From Vermamoeba vermiformis (lineage: Eukaryota), in the NCBI GenBank assembly GCA_045837725.1, contig JBEWZL010000270.1:124001-188000 (forward strand): a stretch of DNA of 64,000 nucleotides, given 5' to 3'. The notes under the pieces were generated by a model. The model saw only the letters and a list, made by a program, of their open reading frames with translations. It ran no database searches and was not told the DNA's origin. Position 1 is the stretch's first letter, and each line of letters opens with the position of its first letter. This document shows, in pieces, positions 27,889 to 40,925 of this stretch. Made by a program: the position numbers and the translations under genes.

Positions 27889-29456
27889 ATGTCCCAACTG
27901 GTAATAATTCAATTTGAGAAACTCCCGTGCTTTGTGGCACAAAATCTTCTCCAATTAATTATGACCTGTTCCGTAATAATTAATAATCATAATTTTCAAA
28001 GGTATCAAATGAATTTTTTCGTGGATTGAAACGAAAAGCATCCGATTCCAAAGAAATTAACATTTTTGAACCAACACACAAACGTCAAAAATTAATTGAA
28101 GAAGATAACGTGGAACCAACAGAAGAAGTCGGCACATCCGAAATCGAAGAGACCGTTCAAACCACCGATCTGTCGGCTTTCGGCAACCTGCTGAGCGATA
28201 TAATAGATCACCATATTGTCGTATTTATTCCCATAGAGTGGTTGAACGTTTCCAAACATTATCACAAGATTGCGATGATGCACTTAGATGGAGATCCAAG
28301 AATTAAATGGGATGAAAACTCTTTTCTACGAGCATTAGAAGCAAACAACTTGGCAATAGTAATAAGACATTTAGAAAAATGCAAGTTTGACGAATTTTTC
28401 CTGCAAGATCAATTCACGTTCGCAGTTCAATTAGGACATGTCAAAATAGTTCAATACCTCCTAAATAATTACAGCTTATCACCAGTCGAAAAATCAGAGC
28501 TACATTCATCTTGTTTATGCCACGCCATATCATCGGGCCACGAAGAAATAATTGCCCTCTTATTGTGTAGCGGACGAGTTATTCAAGAAGATAATGTATA
28601 TTTAAGGACCGCTATTCATGCAAAAAGAAAAGATATTGCAGAAACTTTGATAGCCAACGGATTTTTTGCAAGAGATAGTATCTTTACAGTTATCCTTGAT
28701 TACGTACAGCTTAACAACCCAGATGCGTTGCAGATTCTGTTTCAAACCGTCAACTTCACGTTTTCTCATGATGAAAGTCTTGCTCTACTAAACAAAGCGA
28801 TAGTGAGTTCTGCTAATCACGTCGTAGATTATTTACTAAGCGGAATTTTGGCCCCACTAACAGCGTTTGACACTCGCTTTATTTTGACCACAATATCGCT
28901 CCGCAATATTCAATTATTAGAACGATTATTATTGGACAAACGATTTGCTGTTACAACCGAAATACTGGATAGAGTGATAGTTATGGACTCAAAAAAAATT
29001 TTGCGAGTTTTGTTGGCTGATCCACGAATGCAAAGCTTAGCAAGCCCAAGCTACTTAGTACGGAAAGCTATTATAGACAACTCACGAAAGATACTTCGAT
29101 GGCTCTTAGATGATCCCAATCTTGACGTGGCGAGTTGTGTGGATGCAGAACTACTGAAACACACTCTTAAGCAGAACCCAGATAATCCATCGCACGTTGT
29201 ACTCATGCTACTAGACGACCCAAGAATCAATTTTCACTATTATGCCAGTTTCACGCTATGCACTGCCCTACAAAACAATTGCTGTTACATCGCGGAATCA
29301 GTTTTGAACCACAACCGATTCGTAGTCATGGACGAGGCTCATTATCAAACTGCGATGGACTGTGCAACAAAAAGCTTTAGAACGTTTATGATTCAACGAT
29401 TAGAAAAAATACCGCATGTAGCTAAACTAAGTCCCTCGGAGTTTTGGACCATGTAA
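27889..29456 (+). CDS. Ankyrin-repeat protein with a putative N-terminal F-box-like segment
   Basis: 4-codon first exon MSQL, intron 27901-28001, then one long exon. LLSDIIDHHIVVFIPIEWLNVSKHYHKIA is F-box-like. AVQLGHVKIVQYLL, AISSGHEEIIALLL and LLxDPR repeats are ankyrin-like. Confidence 0.8.
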
Positions 29457-29766
29457 ATAAACTGACTCAACCGCCTCAACTTAATGCTTCTTATGCGACG
29501 CTCGTGGAGTGAAAATGGCAAATCGCCAGTCAACCAGGGCTAGCGTTGATTAGCTTGTTGCCTAATGCACGCAAAATAGCTTCGTTTGTCAAATCACTCA
29601 TTTATTCAGCACTTCCATTCGTGAAAATAACTGATCGCTTCGTGTTGGTCTTCGTCGCAGGCATTATGCCAGACTGCTGCTGCTATCTACTTCGTCAACG
29701 TTAGCCAAGATCCAGAGACGACAAACAACTTACCACCAAGATGACTATAATTCGCTCCTTCTAATG

Positions 29767-31165
29767 TTAAGCAATCTTTTGCGAGCCTAAAATAGTCGCC
29801 ATAAATGCTAGAAGTGGAAAATCGATTTTGTCGGGGGTGAAAGTGACATTGAAAAATGCGATGAACATTTTCTTTCTTTTATCGAAATTGAAGCGAGCAA
29901 TAACTTCATTATCCCTACGAATACATTAGCTCCTCTTAAGATGATTATCATATATCAAGCTCACCTTGTGGCTGTAACTTCGCGGGTGTAAACCTCGCCC
30001 GCAGTCTGATGAACTTCGCCTTGCAGGGCAACTGGCAAATCACCGTTATAAAACTCGATCAGGCCATTAGCGTTCATTTTCTGGAACTTTGCCCGACAAA
30101 TTCGTTCGCCGTGGTAAAAGAAGGTGAAGGCGCGGTGGTACAAAACACCCGGGACGAACTTTTCTTTGATTGTAACGTGCCCTATATTTTGTTTGTGGTG
30201 CATAATATCGAGGGATACTCCTATACGAAGCGTTAGAATATTTTTCGAAATTAGATCGAGTTAACGTACCGTGCCACTTCGCCCACATAAGCTTTTCTCC
30301 CTTATCATTCTTCAGGCTTACCCACTCTAGTAACAATAAGTCATTTAATTGACCATTTGGCTTATTTCAAGAGCACTTACCTTTTGAAAAAGTGTTATTG
30401 CTAATTTTGAGTCGCAGTCTTTCGTCAGGTGTTAGAAAAACCTATAGTCATATTTAGGCAATGTATGGTATTTGTAATATAAATGGCACGTACCGGATCA
30501 TATAACAGTACGGGTAGAGCTCCAACCATGGAAACTAAGTTAACAAACGAGTCGCAGATCTGGTCCTTCACACGCACTCGTACCTGGGTTAAAGCTTTCT
30601 AAGGTCACGATTACATGGCCCAAATGAGATTCTTCGTTAATATTATCGCTCAATAACGCATATGTTTTCTCGAAAGGATGCTCTGATTTCTTGCAACAGT
30701 CGTAAAGATCTTGATGCGGGATGTACACCGACGCTTTATCTTCAGTTTTCTGGCCCTTATTTGCAACAAACTCTATTTTAATAGTATCGCACAGCCGAAC
30801 GTTCCTTATATCGATGTTGTTAGCAAGCGCCTATGTTTGCAACAAGTAAAAGAAATATCAATCCGCTTACACTAATTTTTTATTGGCAATCCAATCTTCC
30901 TAGAATATCAAACAATATTAATGGTGAATAAATGTGAATTTGGGTATTTTTGGCTGCGTACGTACTTCAGGGGAGTGACTTTCGTTCTCAACTTCTGTTG
31001 CTTCTTTTCCCTTATGCGACCCGTGCTTTATTTTAACGATTATATTGCGCTCTTTTATTTTAGTCCGTGGGATTCGAACTACATTGATTGAGCTAGTGCC
31101 TTTTTTGAAAGTAACCGTTACTTACGTGTTAGATTCAACCCAAAATGTAAGTCGTTGTGCTCCAT
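29767..31165 (-). CDS. Multi-exon hypothetical protein, possibly a C2-like N-terminus plus a Tubby/LURP/scramblase-like C-terminal barrel
   Basis: Spliced exons from MEQRLTFW to ...VIARFNFDKRKKMFIAFFNVTFTPDKIDFPLLAFMATILGSQKIA*. The beta-rich pattern ending in a hydrophobic helix is LURP-like. The domain call is tentative. Confidence 0.5.
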
Positions 31166-31421
31166 TGTTATATTTTATGCGACTATACAATGCTCGTATC
31201 TTGTTAACCTGCTTTCTTCAACTACGAAATCTGCTCGTGAGTTTGCTTCCCCAACGCGGTTCAGCAATTCCTCGTATTTAATGGTATTGTAATATCCGCA
31301 TAAATCAATCAAAAAACCGGTTTCTAATCGATTGTTGTGTTGCTGGCACGCAAAAGATTTTTGATCTGAACTTTCCATTCAGTCTCAACTTTTTCATTGG
31401 CACACACGCTAGCGGTCTAAA

Positions 31422-32423
31422 ATGATCCAAGCCATCTTAGTAATTAATAATTATGGAAATCCGCGATTGATGCGGTTCTACGAAGTCAAGGTACGGGTAT
31501 TTAGATCGCATGCGAGCAAGAAAATTTCAAATATTCGTTGTATAATTTTTAATAATATGTATTAACGTATTGCACGATACAGGATACTTCTATGCAACAA
31601 AAGCTATTAAATGAGACATTTAAAATGGTTTCTAAGCGTCAAAGCTATATGTGCAATTTTATTGAGGGCACCGGAACCTCTTGGGGCAAAAACACCAAGT
31701 TGATTTACAGACACTATGCTACACTATATTTTATATTTGTTGTTGACGATACTGAAAGCGAACTTGGTATTTTGGACTTGATTCAAACTTTTGTCGAATC
31801 TCTGGACAGATTATTCAGAAACGTTTGTGAATTAGATCTTATCCTTCATGTAGATAGAGTAAGTACGAAATATTCATATAATATTGTATTTTTACGAAGA
31901 TTTTTCATTTTTTCGAACGGATTGGATCTCCATTAGCACTTACTCCTCATTTAATTGCCGACTCTATTTTATTCCATTACGCCATAATTTATTTAATGGT
32001 CATCTAATCGCTAATTTCCTTTCCTAGGTGAGTTTTCTTTTGGATGAGGTCGTTCAGGGTGGCATGGTAAGCCTTCTCAACATCATTTTTAGTTAATTAA
32101 CAAGTTCGCACGTGCGAAAAAATTAAATAATGCAAGAAATTCTAATATAAGATAATATTGGAGCCGGATTTACGACGCTGCGAAATCTGGATTTGTCTTC
32201 GTGTTGTATTGTGACCACGATTACTTATAGCTATCCTATAGGTCCTCGAAACAAGAACAGAAGAGATTATGAAAGCTGTGCAAGAACAGAAGAAAATTGA
32301 GCGCCAAGAAAACCCAATTAAGAGCACGTTCCAGGACGTTGCCGAGTCTAAAATTTTCAAGTAAGTAGCATATGCATGGTATTAAATGAACTGGATACTG
32401 ACAATAGGTGTAGGACTAAATAA
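31422..32423 (+). CDS. AP3S1: AP-3 adaptor complex sigma subunit
   Basis: MIQAILVINNYGNPRLMRFY; KLIYRHYATLYFIFVVDDTESELGILDLIQTFVESLDRLFRNVCELDLI; LDEVVQGGM/VLET. The stop is either at 32363 or, after a final intron, at 32423. Confidence 0.92.
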
Positions 32424-33054
32424 GAAGTGATATGTGTTGGATTAATAAATGATTATTTGTACAACACCGAGTCGCCAAAAGGTGGTTTGACAGCGGATGT
32501 AGCGGCAACTTTTTATGAATTCCTCGCAGTTGAACCGGATAATAATTAGGAGAACCGATGTTGTTGTCAGGTAGATTATGGACCAGAAATCGTCAAGCTA
32601 TTGTTACTTTTTTGCTGTCCATTGGAAAGGTAACTTCAGATCACCGTAGTAAGTTCTAACAAAAATTAGTTTAACCTAACAAAGTACGAACGAGATCTCT
32701 CGTTGCAACACTTTATTTCATGATCAACGTGTTTCAGCAACGTAGGTATACAAGCTTCGGGGACTCGGACGGAGTGGCATAAAAATTATAATTTTTCCAC
32801 CAGCGCCAGGCAAGTTAGTGTTTGTTACAATTGATTCATTCCCACTAAGCTAAATCAGATGCATTTAATCATATTGCTGTGCCTTGCAATGTAATCGCTC
32901 CTGGTACGCTCCGAGGAGCTGGCTCCGGATGGCGGGATTTCTCCGATCTGTGTGCACAATAGCCCAGGTATTTGCAACGCAAAAGTTGAAACATGACAAC
33001 TCGTGGATTTATTTTCGCGATTATTTCATTGCATAACACCACGACAAAAAGTAG

Positions 33055-36000
33055 ATGCGTGAAATCATCTTATTTCTTGCCTTGTGCACAGGTAAATGTC
33101 AAATAATACGACAATAATTACTGGAATAATATAACAAAAAATATTAAATTTAGGCTTCATTGTTTTGTCCTGCGCAAGTGCAGATGCGTTTCAAACTTTG
33201 AACGCAGCAACTGTTGTGAACACAAATGAAGATACATTTATCGATAGTGCAGTTCAAGACGAAGACTTCCTTTACTACGTCACTTTATTTAGTCCTGTCA
33301 AGGTTGGCAAGCTCAACAAAACGCAACTCGCGACGCCTGGATGGAATGGAGCTTCTGTCTCCCAACTAAATGTTTCCAGTGCAGATACAGTAGCATTTAG
33401 TTTGTTGTATAAGGATAGCAATTCGATCTTTTTGCAAGGACAATCAACAACGTATCTACTCTCTTCCACGAATCTAGCTCTTTTGAACACCCGCGTTGGC
33501 GAGGAGATAAACTCATTGACTGGATTTATTAGCGAAGATAGCAATGGTATCTCGGTTGTTAACTTATTTGGCTATGCAGTGCAAAGGGCCCTTCAGATTC
33601 GGCTTGACGATCCATCAATGAACGACACCGCCGTTTTCGACATCCCTTTCACTGACACCCAGGCGTCATCATATTATCACCCGAATGACATTGCTATATT
33701 GGCCGATTTCTCCTCGACATATGCCGTTTACAAGTGGAGCACAAAAGATTTGCTTTTAACTTTCAAGATTCGAGATCAGTCCACTGGATTTATTGTGTAT
33801 GATGGCGCAACAAACGTTCTTTATACATGCGGAGATCGCCCGTCCGGCGAATTTGCCGTATTGACGCGAGTAAACCTATCCAACATCCAAAACAACACCG
33901 AGATCTCCGTTTCCATCAGCGTAAGCACGTGCGAAAGAATGTAAATTGTAATTAACCATTTATAACATAGCTCGACAGTCCTTATTATTCTTCTGAAGCG
34001 GTTATTGCGCAAGCGATTGGTGAAGAATTCTTCGCGTCAACTTGCAGAGGATTGGCTTTACATCCAAGCGGACAACTCCTGTACGCCCTCTATGACCCTC
34101 CTTCATCATCTGGACAAATAGGACGGTACGTTTTACTGCATTGTATGATTGTTTTGGAAGCTTATAACTTTGTCTCAGAGCTATCGCATCCACACTAGAC
34201 ACTGTCGAAACAACGTCCGTGGACGCAAACGTCTCTCAAAAAACTATGAGCCTTCTACTTGAGGCTGATCAGCCCCTGATTTATGTATTCACCGAGACTG
34301 ATGTTGCAGTCGTCAAATTTCCGAGTAAGAACTCCTCGAAAGAATAATCCCTCAAACTAACCATCATGTTTAGCCACCTATGATTGCCCACGTGACTGTT
34401 CAAACCACGGATATTGTAATTCAACGACGAAATATCTTTGTGTTTGCGATGATCCCTATTTTGGTCACAACTGCGGTACGTACTAGATTTGGATCCTGCA
34501 TTCGGCTGACAATTTTTTATTCATCAGAGAAACCTACTCCAATTGGACCAATTCCTCCAGTAGCGCAGCCGCTATATGAGCCTATAAGACTACTAGGACA
34601 ATCAGATATCAATCCAAATATCGGATCTGTTGCCGACGACGAATATATTTACTACTTTACCAACTGCTCGATAAGAATAGGCAAAGTCCGAAAAGCGGAT
34701 ATAATCTCAAGTACGAAAACTCCGTCAGTTTTCACTGAAACTGTCGTCGAAGATTTTGGCGTTGCTATTTCGCTGATTGACACGCAACTTGGATTGATTT
34801 ACTTCATTGGTGAAACTAACTGCCAAAGTAATTGGGACCCGAATCATCAAGCTAAGCTAATTAGAGTTTCAACGAGCAACTTTACGGATCACACCGTCAT
34901 GGATCTGTCAAAGGGCATCACCACAGCGTTCGTTAGCAATGATACACAAGGCTCAACCTACCTTAATATGTTTGGATGGCCAAATTATTTGCGCTTAAAG
35001 TCATCTAAGAGCGATAACCCGTTACAATCATTTCCAACCTTGCGGGCAGATGCAGCGCCGATCGCATCCACATTTTTGCCCCAAAAAAACACCGCCATTA
35101 TCGTTACCGAATATCCTACTTTGCACTACAACTTCAACACTGGCAATATTACTCATTCGTATACCCTTCCTAGTGACTTTACAGCAAAGTCTTTGGCGGC
35201 TGACGAAGAGCGCGGCAAACTGTATATCGTCGGAACAACTTCTACGGTAAAATTTTAACCATGAAATGTAACTACGAGCCGGTTACTAATAATTTTGCGT
35301 TATTATAGGATAATTGGTACTTGTTAGTTTTGACGCCCGAATTGCTTCCATATGGCACAAAGCTTACTATGGTAATGAAATATTACTTACGACTAACGTA
35401 CTAGTACGTTAGAAAGTTTTTTTAACTTGTTTTCATAGAACGGATCTGATTACTTAGAAGCGATTTTTATAAGCACTGGTTATTGGATCTCGCCTGTTGG
35501 GCTATTTTTGGACCTTGAAGCAGGTCAAGCTATAATAGGGCTAAACCAAAAGATTATTAGGTAATATTTATTTTTCGCGGATCGCGATGCTCGATCTGTT
35601 CCACATCGTTGTCTTTCATTTAATATTAACGTTTATTACAGATTAAATCTTTTGACGCACGAAGTATTTGATACTGCCGATTTGTACTATCAGTATGGCT
35701 TATCTCTTTGGGGTGCTCACTATCATTATGAAGTTGACACCAGAACACTGTTCATCACTGGATCTAACGGTACTCAAGCAGTTGCAGTTGCTTTTTACAT
35801 CCCAAGTAAGAACCTCTCAATTAATCATATCTAATATTATTGACACGAAATAACGTTGTTTAGTGCCGTGTCCTCGAAACTGCAGTAGCAATGGTCAATG
35901 TATGTATGGTGCTTGTCAATGCGACGACGGGTTCACTGGCGAGCAGTGCGATGAAAGTACGTCAAGCGCAAATTTTTAACCTATTATTAGAATAAGAATA

Positions 36001-36273
36001 TACGGGATATTATATATTTTGCGTTAATACTAATGAGTACTTCGTAGTTGTTGTTCCGCCCGTTGCTGAAGAACCAGTCGAAGGTATTTTTTATTCTTTT
36101 TATCAATTTTATTCGAGTTATTCGCTTACATTTTCGTCTACAAAACAGAGCCTGTTGTTGCTCCCAATGCTGCAATCCCTATTGCAAACATAGCCAGTAT
36201 GGCAAGCTTAATGACTCCCTTGCTTGGCTCGATTGCTATTATACTCGTCATTGTCAGTGTTACTGTCGCTTAA
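33055..36273 (+). CDS. Secreted/GPI-like surface protein with two beta-propeller-like plus EGF-like modules
   Basis: Signal peptide MREIILFLALCT/GFIVLSCASA; two beta-rich regions, each followed by CPR(D/N)CSxxGxC...CxC..GxxC; hydrophobic end LLGSIAIILVIVSVTVA*. Confidence 0.75.
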
Positions 36274-36371
36274 ACGTTACATAGGCACGAATTTTTCGTG
36301 CGCCTTTTCTGCTGCAAAAAAATAAAATTTTCGTTTTTCCCTCGTTCAGTAATAATGCATACAATATTGTA

Positions 36372-37701
36372 ATGGAAGACACATATGACTGCGTTATACT
36401 CGGCACCGGTCTTACTGAATGCGTGCTGTCAGGTTTATTATCCGTTGAAGGCAAGAAAGTTTTAGTTCTCGATCGGAACAATTACCAAGGAGAAGATTGC
36501 GCTTCATTAAGTTTAGAATCGTTATGGAGCCATATGAGTGAAGATGAAAAATTGGATGAAGCAAAACTCGGGCGTAACAGAGACTATAATATCGATTTAA
36601 TTCCTAAATTTTTGATGGCGAAGGGTAAGATCCAATTACAAGCGATTTAATTGATAATTTGATTTTATTTATACTTAATACGCAATATAATACTGATAAT
36701 CAATTGAATATTCGATTTTACGATTTTTCGTAATTTTTTTAACGACAGGAAACCTCGTCAAACTTTTGCTTCATACACAAGTCACGCGCTATCTCGAATT
36801 CAAGTCCATTAATGGCAGCTACGTGCTTAAAGATAAGAAGATCCATAAAGTACCCGCAACAGAGACTGAGGCTTTGACTTCGGGGCTGTTGGGTCTTTTC
36901 GAAAAGAAGCGATTCAAAGATTTTCTTCAGTATTGCTCGGAGTGGAATGACGACAATCCGAAAACCCATGCAGGTATGTTTATTTTTGTGGATAACCCTA
37001 GATCCTGAAAAAAAAATTCTCGATCGGATCAAGTCACTGTTGTTTTGCAAGAACCAACCTTTTAATGACATAATTTTTACAGGAATTGATATGGAAGTGT
37101 TACTATTCCTAATAGACGAGTGGACCGTATTCTATATGACGAGAAAGGACGCGTCTGTGGCGTTGAAAGTCAAGGTGAAGTAGTCAAGTGTCAAAATGTC
37201 ATTGCACATCCGCACTACGTACCATCAGAAAAAGTTCAACCAGCTGGCAAAGTCGTTCGCGCAATTTGCATATTAGACCACCCGATACCAAATACTAAAG
37301 ACGCCGAGTCATGCCAGATAATTATTCCGCAGAATCAAGTCGGCAGAAAATCTGACATTTACATCTTATGCGTGTCATATGAAAACCAAGTCGCGCCACA
37401 AGGAAAATATATCGCAATGGTGTCAACTACTGTCGAGACCAACAACCCAAATAAGGAATTAGAACCTGGCTTGCAATTGTTAGGACCGATTCTCAAACAG
37501 TTCGTGTCGGTCAGTGACATGTGGGTGCCAGTCAATGATTGGCAGCGAGAACATCTCTTCATTTCCAAGTCGTACGATGCCACGTCACACTTTGAGACCG
37601 TTTGCGATGACATTCTGCGCATCTACAAGCAATACACGGGTCACGACTTTGACTTCTCGAAGTCGCACCGTACAACGTTAGAAAGCAATACTAATGAGTA
37701 G
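36372..37701 (+). CDS. GDI1: Rab GDP-dissociation inhibitor, disrupted as assembled by an internal deletion and frameshift at ~37090
   Basis: YDCVILGTGLTECVLSGLLS, RDYNIDLIPKFLMA, VTRYLEFK, SCQIIIPQNQVGRKSDIY and SKSYDATSHFET are all present. The conserved central segment is absent. Confidence 0.93.
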
Positions 37702-37964
37702 ACCAGCCCTCACCTACCTGCTTTTGTAAATAAATAAACCACACTGCTGTATATTAATCGCCCAGCGTCTTACGGATGCTCGAACTATGATTCCGCTTTT
37801 GCAATGCGTCCGAACGAACCTAAATATAGTATATGCGTAGACCATCTTCGGAGTGAAAGAGGCAGCAGTAACTACGCAGTTAGAACCACGCGGTGAAAAA
37901 TGCAAATTTCAGAAAATTTTTTGAATTAGTTTTTTTGAACAGAACGAACACACCAAAGCAAATT

Positions 37965-40879
37965 ATGGAGGAAAATTCTAAAAATACCAACAACGTGACT
38001 GCTATTGACGGTAATTACTGGATGTTTCTCCTCAACGGTTCAAATTATTCGGTTTGATTTATTATTTTTATTTACGATTAAATTTTCAAGCCATTATTTA
38101 ATTCGTTTATCATTCAATATGCACTCGATATGAATTGAAAATTGGAATTATTTAATAAATCGTTAACTGCAGATAAAGATGCACTTGATTGGACGATTGA
38201 CGAAGTTGCTAATTGGGCACGAGAAGTCTTAAAATTGTCAGAAACAAGTGTCCAATATTTAGTAGACCAACAGTTCACCGGAGGAGCACTTTTAGCGATC
38301 CCAAGCCTTCACGCGCTAATTCACGTTTATGGATTTCCAGCAGATCCCGCAGGAATTTTGTGGCCTGCAGTCGAAACACTAAAGATGGCGCACTTGCAGT
38401 CAGGTACATTGCCTCATGCTTGCTTCAAAACATCTCACTCACTTCTACCAAAAGCTCGAAAGCGAACTGTAAGCGAAACAGATTTTGACCAAGATCATCC
38501 TTCAAAACAAGGTATGTTCGTTCAAGTACTTTCATGTACACTAATTTTTTTGTAGGAAGAGTACCACAAAGTAAGAATCAGCTTCTTGTTGGTAAAACAT
38601 ACTTACAGCTTTAGTTTTTATTTTTGTGGATAAATGCATCATCAATGAGGAAGACTTTGAGTTTGAAAACAGAGAAAAAGAGTTAAAGGAACTGGTTGAA
38701 GTATGTGTGTTCAACCAAAAAATTGTAAGAGCATGTTCTGGTACCCACACAAACAAGCTGAAGTTGGCAATTGCATCACAGATGATGGGATCAGGCAAAA
38801 CATGGTTTGGCAGACATGCACTTAAATCTTTGGAGCAACACAAAATGGTGATCAAATCAAACTATTTGGATGAACTTGATAAAACAATCATAGAAGATTT
38901 ATCTATGGCACACTATGTCTTTGTGAACATGAAAGATGCAAATGCAAAGCCATACAACAAGCATGAGTTCTGCAGATTTCTGCTACAGAGTCTTATTTTG
39001 TCATGTTCTGGCGACACCAAAACAAAGGCTGTTAATGAATGGCACATGAAGGACATTTCCATGCACAGTATTTCAAGTATAGCCCAATGGTTCCAAAATG
39101 AATTGAACTCTCATCTCTTCTTTCATTTTGATGAAGTTGACGCAATTGCAGAAGCATGCAATGTAAGTAAAAAGTTAACCATACAAATTACAGTAACACT
39201 GTTGCAGATGAGTCTAAAACCAGAATCAAGCCAATTAGCATGCTATTACAAATTTTGGAATGATATCAACCCACTTCATCAATTTGGTTTTATCTACTGT
39301 TCAGGACGATCACCTCAGCTTTTTTTAATTGGTCAGCACAACTTTGGGGTAGGAGACTCCAGAGTTGTTCCTCCTGGTCAATCAAAGCACATGTTTTTTG
39401 ACAGGTTGCTGTTGACAAATATTAATAACATGGTTTCAAAATGCATTCAAAAGGGCAAATTGGACTTGGAGCCTAGTTTGAGTGCAGCAGAGGTGTCAGA
39501 TGTCATATTCAATTGCACTGCAGGAGTACCACGTTTTGTCATATATACCTTGAATTACTTGGCTGAACTGTCAGCAAAACAACCACTAAGCAAAAAAACA
39601 CTGACAAAAGAAAGTTTCTTTCAAAGCCTATTTAGTTATGCGAAACAAAATGGAGGGGAAGCAGAACTTTATTCATGGCAGACAGATTACAAAGACATCT
39701 ACTTTCAACTTGTACTAGATGCCATACTAGCTGTCCCATACTCCATTGCAGATGTGATATCAACTGATTTGCTTCCAGTTAAGAATGTGCAATTGCTGCA
39801 AATGATTTGGCTAGCTGGAGTGTTTACTGCAAAGACCCCTCAGTATCTGGTATGTCAAGTTCCATCATGAAGCATTACTAACAGAATGTTTGAAGCCCAC
39901 TGGAATATCTGGAGAGTCAGTCCTTAAAGATCAACTCTACATCATTGTGCCACCTCTTGTTGCCAATGCTATGCTTGGCTCCCTAGAAGCTGCATCTGTG
40001 CTAACCATAGCTGGGTTAGGTGAAAATTACACCCCTGTGCCTGAGTCAGAACTCTTAGAATACATTTGCAAGCAGTGCTTTACGAATCAGCTTTGCACAA
40101 AGATAGCCAATCGCAGAAGAAATCAAATGTTGCACGGTTTGTTTCCATTTTTGAAACAAACTATCTTACCAGACATTGCTGCTCAGTTTGAAAAACCTTA
40201 CTACTTGCCAAAATTTGTGAATACCCAGTAAGATCTGGCCCAATATTTTTATTGTCTAATAGTTTTGCACAGAGCAACAAGTTGGAAAGCTGAGAATGAT
40301 GAGAAGGTGACAGAACTACTTAAAACACAATACTCAGAAGCCAAATCACAATCACTTGAGGTGCCATATGAATACTGGCAGCAAATTGTACCACAGTTAC
40401 AACAGGGACTGTACATCCCTGCACAGAAATCTTTTAGTGGCAACTTTTATGTTGTGTTGCCTGATGCTTCAAATGGCAACAAACTTTGGCTTTTAATTTT
40501 CCAATACAAAGCTGGGACCAAGCAAGAGCTCACAATCTCATCAATTTGTGAAGATATTTACAAATCATTTGACCACAACATGATAACAACACAACCAGAG
40601 TCCCCAAACACAAAGTTTGTTGCTGGAGTTGTGCTAGTTTTTGTTGGTGGCAATTATCCTGCAGAATTGCAAACAGCATGTGAAGTTTTCAATGACCATG
40701 CATTAAGACTATCTATTGCTAAATTGATTGAACTACAGAAAGCAAAAGATTTAAAGAAAGAATCTAAAACTGATGCCAATGAGAGAAAATTTGGGTGGAA
40801 AGACAATGCAAATTTGGAAGTACTCCTGCTTAACAACCGAGGAAAGAAACACTTACTTAGTGCCTTTCATGTTAGATGA
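37965..40879 (+). CDS. Crinkler/RHS-type protein: SAM header, P-loop NTPase and a degenerate restriction-endonuclease-like C-terminus
   Basis: DWTIDEVANWA...LVDQQFTGGALL (SAM); FENREKEL; SQMMGSGKT (Walker A, ~38790); FFHFDEVD (Walker B, ~39125); TAGVPR; YIPAQKSFSGNFYVV...LLIFQYKAG (REase-like QxK). Confidence 0.7.
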
Positions 40880-40925
40880 AATCCAATACTTGAAGCAATC
40901 TTATGGCTCTTGGCATATTGTCCAT

